Below, piece by piece: positions 47,706 to 55,518 of a DNA stretch of 64,000 nt; within the stretch, counting starts at the first letter, position 1, and each line of letters opens with the position of its first letter. The stretch is taken from IMG/VR virus record IMGVR_UViG_3300021962_000022. One strand, given 5' to 3'. This stretch comes from a virus (lineage: Duplodnaviria > Caudoviricetes). The translations under genes and the position numbers were made by a program. A model generated the notes under the pieces. That model was given only the letters and a program-made list of their open reading frames with translations. It was not told where the DNA came from and did no database searches.

Positions 47706-49031
47706 TTACTGAGTACTTTCGTCGTATCCTATGATTTTTTTCATTCTCGAGATTTCCTCATTCACAATTGAAGTCATAGTGGTTTTAGATTCGTTCACCG
47801 TTTTAACTTTTAATGGTTGAACTCCTCTTGCTCCGTAGAATGCTTCAGGTGTGTCTTTCTCTTTTTGTTTTTTTCTTCCAGCCGATTTACTTAAATTCTC
47901 TCCCGTTTTTGTTTTAATTACATTTGCAGCATCTTGAGAGTTACCCATAGTTGGGTCACCTTCTAATGCCATTTTTAATCTTTTCTTAAATCCTTCAGAT
48001 GGTTCAAAATCGTAATCTAAATCCAATAATGTACCACCTTTCATGTTATCGTCAATATATTCTTCTTCCTCTTTATTTGGGTTCACAGCCATCTTATCAC
48101 CCTTACTAATTTGATTAGGGAATTTTGGATTGTCATTACCATCAAAAGAAGATGCTTTTTTCAATTTATCTTTAACTAATTTCATTGCGTCATCACCATC
48201 TTTTTTAGTACCACTTTGAGCTTTTTTGGTAACTTCTATACCTGGTATTGCCTCACTCAAATTTTTCTTAGAGTTCACAACCATTTTTTTAATCAATGAA
48301 ACTAATTCATTTTCATTAAGTCTAAGAACTGGTTTTTTAGATTCATACATACCTGTTCCACATTCGTTACACATACCTTCTTCATTCATTGGTGAACCAC
48401 ATTCATTACATGTTTTCATTTCACCCTCATTAGTGTCAATATCTTTGGTTAGAGTCACTTTGTGCATTTTACCACTTCCTTTTGGGAATTCAAACTCTTT
48501 TTTACCAGCATCTTTGGCTTTATCGGCCGCTAATATGAAAGCGTTAGATTCTTCGATATCGGAATCCTCTTCCATGTAACCTTGACCACACTCCTCACAA
48601 GAACCTTCCATTTCTTCAAGTTCTGACCATGATTCGTCAACATTATATTTTTTACCGTTAAATTTAAATTCTTTTAAACCTTTATCTTTAGCGGATAAAA
48701 TGGCCTCTGCCATACCTGATACTGTAGTTTTTTTCATTTTGTTTGTTTCTTTGTTTTTTTCTAATTCTTCACCCATTTGGTCTAATTTATCAATCATTTC
48801 ATTTGGTGAACCATATTTTACTTTTTCGATGATAAACTCCTTTTTAGGGTGTTTCTTCTTATAAATATCCAAATGTTTCATTGCAATCTCCTCGGATTCG
48901 AATGATTCAACAGGTTCTCCTTCACAAGTGATTTGGAACATCTCTTTAGAATCCTTATTCTCATTAATGATGGCTCTTTTAACCTCATTAAATAATGATT
49001 CTTCTATTATATTGGATATATTCATTTTCAT
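47706..49031 (-). CDS. Putative head-internal protein with CxxC repeats
   Basis: Many I/L/V-x-E motifs, CEECG, CNECG x2, two A.D.G.KEF.F..K repeats; TATTTAT at 49039-49045. Confidence 0.7.
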   Translation of the reverse strand: MKMNISNIIEESLFNEVKRAIINENKDSKEMFQITCEGEPVESFESEEIAMKHLDIYKKKHPKKEFIIEKVKYGSPNEMIDKLDQMGEELEKNKETNKMKKTTVSGMAEAILSAKDKGLKEFKFNGKKYNVDESWSELEEMEGSCEECGQGYMEEDSDIEESNAFILAADKAKDAGKKEFEFPKGSGKMHKVTLTKDIDTNEGEMKTCNECGSPMNEEGMCNECGTGMYESKKPVLRLNENELVSLIKKMVVNSKKNLSEAIPGIEVTKKAQSGTKKDGDDAMKLVKDKLKKASSFDGNDNPKFPNQISKGDKMAVNPNKEEEEYIDDNMKGGTLLDLDYDFEPSEGFKKRLKMALEGDPTMGNSQDAANVIKTKTGENLSKSAGRKKQKEKDTPEAFYGARGVQPLKVKTVNESKTTMTSIVNEEISRMKKIIGYDESTQ

Positions 49032-49724
49032 TTACTTAATAAATATCTTATTTATTTCATTTATTACTAATTTTTCTACCTCAGAGTATGGTAAACCTAA
49101 TTTATTAGATACTTTTTTAACTGATTCTTTTAATTCCTCGGATTCAAAAAAATCTAAACTCTTGATATCCCCTTGATTACAATATGGGTATCTTTTACAT
49201 TTCTCTTTTACTTTAACATACACTCCACCAGGACCACCCCATTTAGGGAAATTTTTGTCCTTAACGGCGCGGCTTTTTAAAATACTTTTAGGTCCATTAA
49301 TTTTCAATGGATTTGACCTACCCGAACTAAATGAAACATCGTATTGTCCTGAAGAGCTAGCGTCGGTAATTTCACTTAAATCACCCTCAAAATTGTGTAT
49401 TTTATTGATTTTTCTTTTTACGATTGGCCCACTACTAAATGCACCCTCAAAAGAACCTGATGCTCCCGCATCCATAGCTTCTTTAGTTTCAATTTGTTTT
49501 AATTTAATATAGTAATTTGGGTCCTCACTTAGATGGTCCATAGCTATTTCTTTAGCCATTAACTCATTATTGGTGTGTTCCTTCTCTACTTTAATTCCTT
49601 TATCTAATTGTTTTTTTAAGAACTTAACCATATCCTCGATATGGTAATATCCTTTCTTATCATGTTTTTTTGCAATGTCTTCTAAGGACATTTTATCCGA
49701 TATTCCACCTTTTAGTTTTTCCAT
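49032..49724 (-). CDS. DUF5661-like putative virion protein
   Basis: KGIKVEKEHT...EIAMDHLSEDPNYY; KVKEKCKRYPYCNQGD; start at TAATG overlap 49724. Confidence 0.7.
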   Translation of the reverse strand: MEKLKGGISDKMSLEDIAKKHDKKGYYHIEDMVKFLKKQLDKGIKVEKEHTNNELMAKEIAMDHLSEDPNYYIKLKQIETKEAMDAGASGSFEGAFSSGPIVKRKINKIHNFEGDLSEITDASSSGQYDVSFSSGRSNPLKINGPKSILKSRAVKDKNFPKWGGPGGVYVKVKEKCKRYPYCNQGDIKSLDFFESEELKESVKKVSNKLGLPYSEVEKLVINEINKIFIK

Positions 49725-49963
49725 TATCTCACACTTTTTAGTGGGGTTTCCCAAAAAGATTTACGTTGCCATAGAGTTTTAAATAACTCAACAACAACCT
49801 TTGATGATAGGTCAACTATTCTTTCATCTACTGACCTAGCACCAATTTCTTTTTGTATTATTTTCATAACAATATTATGTGCTTGAGTGGTTTCAAGAAA
49901 GTCTTTCATTTCCTTTCTCGCGATTTTCTCAATTTCTTTTATGTCAGTATTTGATAAAGCCAT
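49724..49963 (-). CDS. Hypothetical protein
   Basis: 79 aa, coupled. Confidence 0.7.
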   Translation of the reverse strand: MALSNTDIKEIEKIARKEMKDFLETTQAHNIVMKIIQKEIGARSVDERIVDLSSKVVVELFKTLWQRKSFWETPLKSVR

Positions 49964-50508
49964 TATGCACTCATTCTATCTCTAATTAATGGCTCCATAG
50001 CCGTGATGAAAGTAGGTTCAAATTTTCTAAGTTTTTCCAACATATCCATTGTTTCATCATCAAGAAGTAACATATCACCATTTAGATATAAACCACTTCC
50101 CTCACCTGAAATTAATACAAAATTTATTTCTAAATCCGGTATCTCACCATCGAATCTGATTTCAGTTTCTGTTATGGTAATCCCTGGTTTCAAATTTGCA
50201 ATTTGTGAAACTTGTTGTCTAAAAGAATCAACTATTTGTGAAATACTTGTTTTTTCTTCTTGTTTCAGTTGGGTATCTTCTTTGTCCGTAGATAATAATT
50301 TTACGTCCACATCATTTACGACCTCAATATTGTCATATTGTTTCTTTTCCGCGGAATTGTCAACACTTTGTGTGTTATCAGTCGGTTGTTGAACCTCCTC
50401 TGTTTCTTCGGTAAGTGATTTTTTAGCGTATACCGTTTCATTAAGAGACCTTAATGTTTTCAACATACCTTTTATATCATCGTACCCTGTATTTTTACTA
50501 TTGTTCAT
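49963..50508 (-). CDS. Putative virion protein
   Basis: DIKGMLKTLRSLNE...LTEE; TATTTATA at 50551-50558. Confidence 0.7.
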   Translation of the reverse strand: MNNSKNTGYDDIKGMLKTLRSLNETVYAKKSLTEETEEVQQPTDNTQSVDNSAEKKQYDNIEVVNDVDVKLLSTDKEDTQLKQEEKTSISQIVDSFRQQVSQIANLKPGITITETEIRFDGEIPDLEINFVLISGEGSGLYLNGDMLLLDDETMDMLEKLRKFEPTFITAMEPLIRDRMSA

Positions 50509-51103
50509 TTTTAAAAATTAGTCTAAAATTAAATGATGGGTTTATATCTGTATAAATATTTGAGAAATTGGATTTACACACAACACCATTAAATTTAATA
50601 GCACTTTCTAAATATCCCTGAGAGGGTACAATTTGTTTTGGGATGTTATGTAAATCACAAATGTGTTCACATAGTTTGGATATTACCGATACTTGGTCAT
50701 CGTTATACTTGTCCCAGAAATAGTAGTTTCTCCAATTTCTAAAGAACGGTTCGCAACGATATGGGTCACCAATCCAATTGTGCATGAAACCGGTAACCGT
50801 GTTTTTATTCAACCAACCAAGATTTTCGACCGCAATCTTTATGAATTGCTTATCGATATATGGTTCGTCAAATGTATTTGAATAATAATTGGTGTCAAAA
50901 AGTTGGTAGACTGTACCTAACTTAGTTACAATAAAATGTGGAATTTCATCATACTTACCACATTTGCGGTATTTTAGTTTATTGATGAAATCGTCGGTTC
51001 TTCTACTTGTATCGTAAAGTAATATTTGACTTTTTTTCGTTTTCCGACGAACAACATTTAGAGTTTTACTATCTAAACCTTCTACGTTGTGTATTTCCAA
51101 CAT
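50498..51103 (-). CDS. N-acetylmuramoyl-L-alanine amidase-like protein (possibly inactive)
   Basis: PHFIVTKLGTVYQLFD, IAVENLGWL, DINPSF. Confidence 0.65.
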   Translation of the reverse strand: MLEIHNVEGLDSKTLNVVRRKTKKSQILLYDTSRRTDDFINKLKYRKCGKYDEIPHFIVTKLGTVYQLFDTNYYSNTFDEPYIDKQFIKIAVENLGWLNKNTVTGFMHNWIGDPYRCEPFFRNWRNYYFWDKYNDDQVSVISKLCEHICDLHNIPKQIVPSQGYLESAIKFNGVVCKSNFSNIYTDINPSFNFRLIFKNEQ

Positions 51104-51232
51104 TTCTAGTTAACTTTTTACTGATAACAGAAGAAATGTCGTTGTCTTCTGTATTATTTATTTCCGAATTGTCCGAACCATAGTTTTCCAACGAGTCCAC
51201 CTCTGGTTGGAATTCTTCTAATTTTTTTTTTC
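51069..51232 (-). other. Candidate -1 frameshift site plus 50-codon extension
   Basis: A10 run ending at the TAG of the upstream gene, 9-nt spacer, hairpin TTCCAAC-ca-GAG-gtgga-CTC-GTTGGAA; -1 frame open to TAG at 51071-51069. Confidence 0.65.
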
Positions 51233-52411
51233 TTCCTCATTGGGAAGTTCTTCTATTGGTTCGTCAATAACTTGTAGTTCTTCCACAACTTGTGGTTCAT
51301 CGATAACAGGTTCTTCGTTGTGTAAAGATATCTCTTCAGTGTATTCTTGTACCTCCGTTGGTGTTACAATTGTTTCTTCAACAATATGTTCTTCCTCAAC
51401 AACTTGAATTTCTTCTATTGGTTGCTGTGGTTCAACAACTTGTGGTTCTTCAATGACTTCAGGTTCATTGACCACTAACACCTGCTCAGGTTGTGGTTCT
51501 TCTATAACTTGTAGTTCATCAATAACAGGTTGTGGTTCTTCGATAATTTGAGGTTCCTCTATTACTTGTGGCTCTTCAACAATCTGTGGTTCTTCGATAA
51601 TTTGAGGTTCCTCTATTACTTGTGGCTCTTCAACAATCTGTGGTTCTTCAACGGGTTGAGGTTCCTCTATTACTTGTGGTTTTGAATCGTTATTTATTAA
51701 ATGGTCCTCAATCAAAAAAACATCATCAATTTCATTTTTATCCTCTTCTTCAGTAATTTCAGGTTCATTATCTTTAGGTTGTATATTTCTGTTAAGGTAC
51801 TTCTCAAGTAAATCTAAATCTTCCTGTTTTAATCTCACTCGAGAAACTTCACCCACAATATCTTTAGCGTCTACAACCGGTGTTTCTTCACCAACGGGTT
51901 CGGGAGATTCTTTCACCACAGGTATTTCCCCTACATTAGTGTTTTTTTCAGTCTGTGTGAATTTCACTAACATGTGTAAGAATGAAAGCGATATAATTGG
52001 TAACATACCTCCAGCGAAAAACGCTAAGAATCTCTTATGACCAACCATATCTGCAGGGTCAACACCAATGTATTCTAAGAGTGGTGAAACTAACTCAACC
52101 CAAGAGATAAACGCTTGACTTGTTATGTCTATATAAGAATACGCAAAATAAATGTTACCAATAAATTGAATCAAGGTAACAATACCAAATGGGAAGTAAA
52201 CTTTTTTTCCCATATCGGCAGAAATGGCAGCAAGTGCCGATAATGCGGCAATCTCAATACCGATTGAAAGGTAAATTGCCCAACTCAATGGGTTTGAAAT
52301 ACCATACCATTTAGTTACGTGTGAAATTGAAACTAATGCAACAGTTACAATCGGAATTAAAAACGCAGATATTATTAATGTTTTATAATTTTTACTGAAC
52401 CAATTTTTCAT
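51218..52411 (-). CDS. Multi-TM membrane protein with long acidic EEPQ-repeat tail
   Basis: About four N-terminal TM helices; (V/I)(I/V)EEPQ repeats. Confidence 0.8.
   Translation of the reverse strand: MKNWFSKNYKTLIISAFLIPIVTVALVSISHVTKWYGISNPLSWAIYLSIGIEIAALSALAAISADMGKKVYFPFGIVTLIQFIGNIYFAYSYIDITSQAFISWVELVSPLLEYIGVDPADMVGHKRFLAFFAGGMLPIISLSFLHMLVKFTQTEKNTNVGEIPVVKESPEPVGEETPVVDAKDIVGEVSRVRLKQEDLDLLEKYLNRNIQPKDNEPEITEEEDKNEIDDVFLIEDHLINNDSKPQVIEEPQPVEEPQIVEEPQVIEEPQIIEEPQIVEEPQVIEEPQIIEEPQPVIDELQVIEEPQPEQVLVVNEPEVIEEPQVVEPQQPIEEIQVVEEEHIVEETIVTPTEVQEYTEEISLHNEEPVIDEPQVVEELQVIDEPIEELPNEEEKKN
51531..51649. repeat. Intragenic tandem repeat, 54 bp x 2.2 (18-bp subunit)
   Basis: TGTGGTTCTTCGATAATTTGAGGTTCCTCTATTACTTGTGGCTCTTCAACAATC exact twice. 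Confidence 0.9.
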
Positions 52412-52695
52412 TTAATACTATTTTCCAACTTTGTTATTTCATTGTCAATTTGTGTTTGACGAGTTACGTCTAATATTTTTCTATCAGTCGCTTGAATCAT
52501 TCTTTTTTCAGATTTCAATCCTTCAATTCTCAATCTAACATCCATTTCTTCTTTTGTGTAAGTTGAGTCTTTGATTGATTCAATTTCTTTTCTCATTTTT
52601 GAGAGTTCTCTTCCGTCACCGCAACTTTTGAATAAACCTAAAAGTGCAATAACTAAAACGATAATTGTGAAATTTTTTTGAATAAAATTTTTCAT
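52408..52695 (-). CDS. Putative lipoprotein (spanin-like)
   Basis: Signal ending LGLFKSC, coiled coil; TATTTATA at 52710-52717. Confidence 0.6.
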   Translation of the reverse strand: MKNFIQKNFTIIVLVIALLGLFKSCGDGRELSKMRKEIESIKDSTYTKEEMDVRLRIEGLKSEKRMIQATDRKILDVTRQTQIDNEITKLENSIK

Positions 52696-52708
52696 GTCTT
52701 TTTTTTAT

Positions 52709-53521
52709 TTATAAATAGTTTAATAATCCGTAACTGTCGTTACGCAATTTCTTTAAAGCCTTATCACGTAGTTGTCTAATCCTCTCTTTAGTACAACCAA
52801 ACTCATCACCTAAATCCTCCAAGTTCATCTCAATACCATTTAACCCGTAAGATTTTTCAATAATTACTTTTTCCCTGTCATCTAATATCGACAACATCAT
52901 TGATACTCTTTTCTTGATTTCCTCAGCTGTGTTTAAGATATCTTCAGGGTTATCAGCGTTTACATTTATGATTGTGTCAATAAGTTGGTCTCCTTCTTCA
53001 TTAATCTCATCATTAAGGTTTACACAGTGAGGTAGAACAATTTCTGAACCATTGTCTTCATAGTTGATGAAGAATTGGTCGTCAGCAATTATTTGTTCAT
53101 TTTTTCTCCTCTTTTGATTTTCCTGAATGATGTTAGATGGTAAACGTATCATCCTTGAATTTTCATTCAATGATGCCATGATAGATTGTTTTACCCACCA
53201 AACAGCATAAGAAATAAATTTGTACCCACTGTTTGGGTCAAATCTTTCGGCTGCACGAATAAGTCCGATGTTACCCTCTGAAATCAAGTCAATCAAATCC
53301 ATACCATTATTTTGATAGGACTTAGCGACAGTGATTACGAAACGTAGATTTCCAACTACGAGTTCGTTAAGTAAATCTTCTTTTTGTTTCTTCGGGAGAT
53401 TCTTATTTTTTAGCTGTTCAAAGATTTCATCCTGTCTTTGGTGGGTGATTACCTTTATTTTGCGGATGTCCTTGATGTAGTTCTGAATTTCTTCAGTGTT
53501 GATTAGTAATGTTTTGGCCAT
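52709..53521 (-). CDS. Phage-encoded sigma-70 family RNA polymerase sigma factor
   Basis: NLRFVITVAKSY, DLISEGNIGL, ERFD...YKFISYAVWW, TKERIRQLRDKALKKLR. Confidence 0.95.
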   Translation of the reverse strand: MAKTLLINTEEIQNYIKDIRKIKVITHQRQDEIFEQLKNKNLPKKQKEDLLNELVVGNLRFVITVAKSYQNNGMDLIDLISEGNIGLIRAAERFDPNSGYKFISYAVWWVKQSIMASLNENSRMIRLPSNIIQENQKRRKNEQIIADDQFFINYEDNGSEIVLPHCVNLNDEINEEGDQLIDTIINVNADNPEDILNTAEEIKKRVSMMLSILDDREKVIIEKSYGLNGIEMNLEDLGDEFGCTKERIRQLRDKALKKLRNDSYGLLNYL

Positions 53522-53565
53522 GAATGTTCGGTTTGTTGTTCATGGGTAAAAATAAGGAAAAAATT

Positions 53566-54027
53566 TCAATTTTCAAAGCTATCCAAAAACTTTTTTTCGT
53601 CAGGTGTTAAACTTTCCAATCCTTGTTGTTCTATTTTTTCTAAAATATTGTCGAGGTCCATGGTTTCATCGGGCTCCCCGTTTTTACCCTTCTTTTCGTA
53701 TTCTAATCTTAGAGAACTGTGTTCCTCACTTGGTTTGAACATGAAGTCCTTCATCTGTATTGGTAGATTTGCGCTGTATATACTTTCTCTTTCAAAAAGG
53801 AAATAAAATTTTACATCCTCCATAGAAATGATATTGTGCAATTCTTCAGAAAGTTCTTTTCTTGTAGATTCAGATTCAAATATAACAATTATACTTTTAG
53901 ATGTATCTTCAATCACAAACCTAACCTTTGAAACCTTGGGGCTAACACCAAGAACTTCCAAACAAAAAAATTCAATGTCTTCGTGGTCTTCGAAATTGGC
54001 AAATAAAAATAAAAGATATGTCTTCAT
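53566..54027 (-). CDS. Hypothetical protein with DUF6576-like C-terminus
   Basis: DLDNILEKI...GLESLTPDEKKFL. Confidence 0.7.
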   Translation of the reverse strand: MKTYLLFLFANFEDHEDIEFFCLEVLGVSPKVSKVRFVIEDTSKSIIVIFESESTRKELSEELHNIISMEDVKFYFLFERESIYSANLPIQMKDFMFKPSEEHSSLRLEYEKKGKNGEPDETMDLDNILEKIEQQGLESLTPDEKKFLDSFEN

Positions 54028-54036
54028 TAAATAAAA

Positions 54037-54465
54037 TTACTGTATTAGTAAAAATACGGATAATATCGCAATTAGTCCACCCCCTACGAAATTTTTAAAC
54101 TTGTTTTTTACCTTTTCTTTCTTGAGTTGTGTTTCCAAGTTTTTAGTGTGGTTTTCTAAGACCTGATATTTCTCATCTTGGGATTTAATTATCGTCAAGT
54201 AATTTTCTTCTTTCTTTTGCATTGTAACAATTACACTGTCCTTCAAAGAAACTTTTTCTTCTAACTTGATGATTTGTTCGTTCGTTAATTTAAGTTCTGC
54301 CATTGCAGAATCTCCCTTTAATAAATCTTTAGCAATAGATTTAAATGTTGAAACCGGTAAACATTTTACAGGTTCAGGAGTATTATTCTTTTTACTTGTA
54401 TCTGTCTGAGAAAAAGCTATCAAGCTCTGGCTCAGTAAAATTAGAAACACGATTAATTTTTTCAT
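54037..54465 (-). CDS. Secreted coiled-coil protein with C-terminal TM (spanin-like)
   Basis: Signal peptide, heptads, GGGLIAILSVFLL. Confidence 0.65.
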   Translation of the reverse strand: MKKLIVFLILLSQSLIAFSQTDTSKKNNTPEPVKCLPVSTFKSIAKDLLKGDSAMAELKLTNEQIIKLEEKVSLKDSVIVTMQKKEENYLTIIKSQDEKYQVLENHTKNLETQLKKEKVKNKFKNFVGGGLIAILSVFLLIQ

Positions 54466-54784
54466 GATATATTTCTTTAACGATTGTCTTTTGATTTTTT
54501 ATTTTATCGATGCCATTATCCACCTCAATGATTTCCTTATTCAAGTCATCTATTTTGTCATCTAATAATTCTTGTTCCTTATACATCGTATTGATAACAA
54601 CATTCAATGAATCAATCTTAGCCCTATCTTCGGGTGACATCCCAACTTTTGGTGTTAGAATAAACATCATCCAATATAGAATGAAAAGACCGAATAAAAA
54701 TCCAAAAATAATTTTATAATTTGTTTTTACAAATTCAACAATCTTATTACTATTTTCTTTTGCGTTTATAAGTCTTTGGTCCAT
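54392..54784 (-). CDS. N-anchored coiled-coil protein (i-spanin-like)
   Basis: TM helix then heptads; overlaps next gene; TATTTAT directly upstream. Confidence 0.65.
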   Translation of the reverse strand: MDQRLINAKENSNKIVEFVKTNYKIIFGFLFGLFILYWMMFILTPKVGMSPEDRAKIDSLNVVINTMYKEQELLDDKIDDLNKEIIEVDNGIDKIKNQKTIVKEIYHEKINRVSNFTEPELDSFFSDRYK

Positions 54785-54805
54785 ATAAATAAATATAGGT
54801 ATTCA

Positions 54806-55480
54806 TTATTTTTTCTTTCTGATTATTTCGTCGATAATCCCATAATTTAGGGCATCTTCAGATGATAACCATAAATCTCTCGAAGCATCTTCCATAACAA
54901 CTTCAGATGGTTTGTTACAGTATTCACCCAATAAGTCAAACAACAATTTATTCAATTTCTCCCATTCTTTCATATTGATTTTAGCGTCCTGAATGTTACC
55001 TTCGAATCCACCTGATGACTGATGTAACATTGTTCTACTAAATCTAAGTGAACATCTTTTTCCCTTGGTACCCGCACCAAGAAGAACAGAACCCATAGAA
55101 GCTGCCATACCTGTATTAATGGTTCTTATGTCTGAGTTTATGTAATCCATTACGTCAACCATAGATAGTCCACTCTTAACCGAACCACCTGGACTATCAA
55201 TGTGCATCGTGATATCTGTATTGTCGAGACTGTCTAAAAACATGAGTTGAGCTTGAACCACGGTAGACATGTTGTCATTTACCACACCAGCAACCCATAT
55301 AATCCTTTCCATCATCAATCGAGAAAAAACGTCCATGACCGTAACGTTCATTTGTCTTTCTTCTAAGATGTATGGAGTTAGACTATCCTCAACTTGTTTG
55401 TTGTAGTGGTGTAAATTCAACCCACTAATACCTTTGTCCTTCGCGAACAAACCAAAATCTTTATATAATTTAGAGCTCAT
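54806..55480 (-). CDS. clpP: ClpP protease subunit
   Basis: DVFSRLMMERII, IDSPGGSV, GMAASMGS, MLHQ, RDLWL. Confidence 0.95.
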   Translation of the reverse strand: MSSKLYKDFGLFAKDKGISGLNLHHYNKQVEDSLTPYILEERQMNVTVMDVFSRLMMERIIWVAGVVNDNMSTVVQAQLMFLDSLDNTDITMHIDSPGGSVKSGLSMVDVMDYINSDIRTINTGMAASMGSVLLGAGTKGKRCSLRFSRTMLHQSSGGFEGNIQDAKINMKEWEKLNKLLFDLLGEYCNKPSEVVMEDASRDLWLSSEDALNYGIIDEIIRKKK

Positions 55481-55518
55481 ATTGTTAATTTGTTTAAATC
55501 TAAGAAATAAAATTGATA

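Noticed and set aside
51159-51220. TAG read-through of the EEPQ protein
   Set aside because: Gives only 19 compositionally unrelated residues; the -1 frame fits composition and gap far better.
51531-51649. CRISPR-like array
   Set aside because: Repeats are contiguous, in frame and have no unique spacers; no cas genes.
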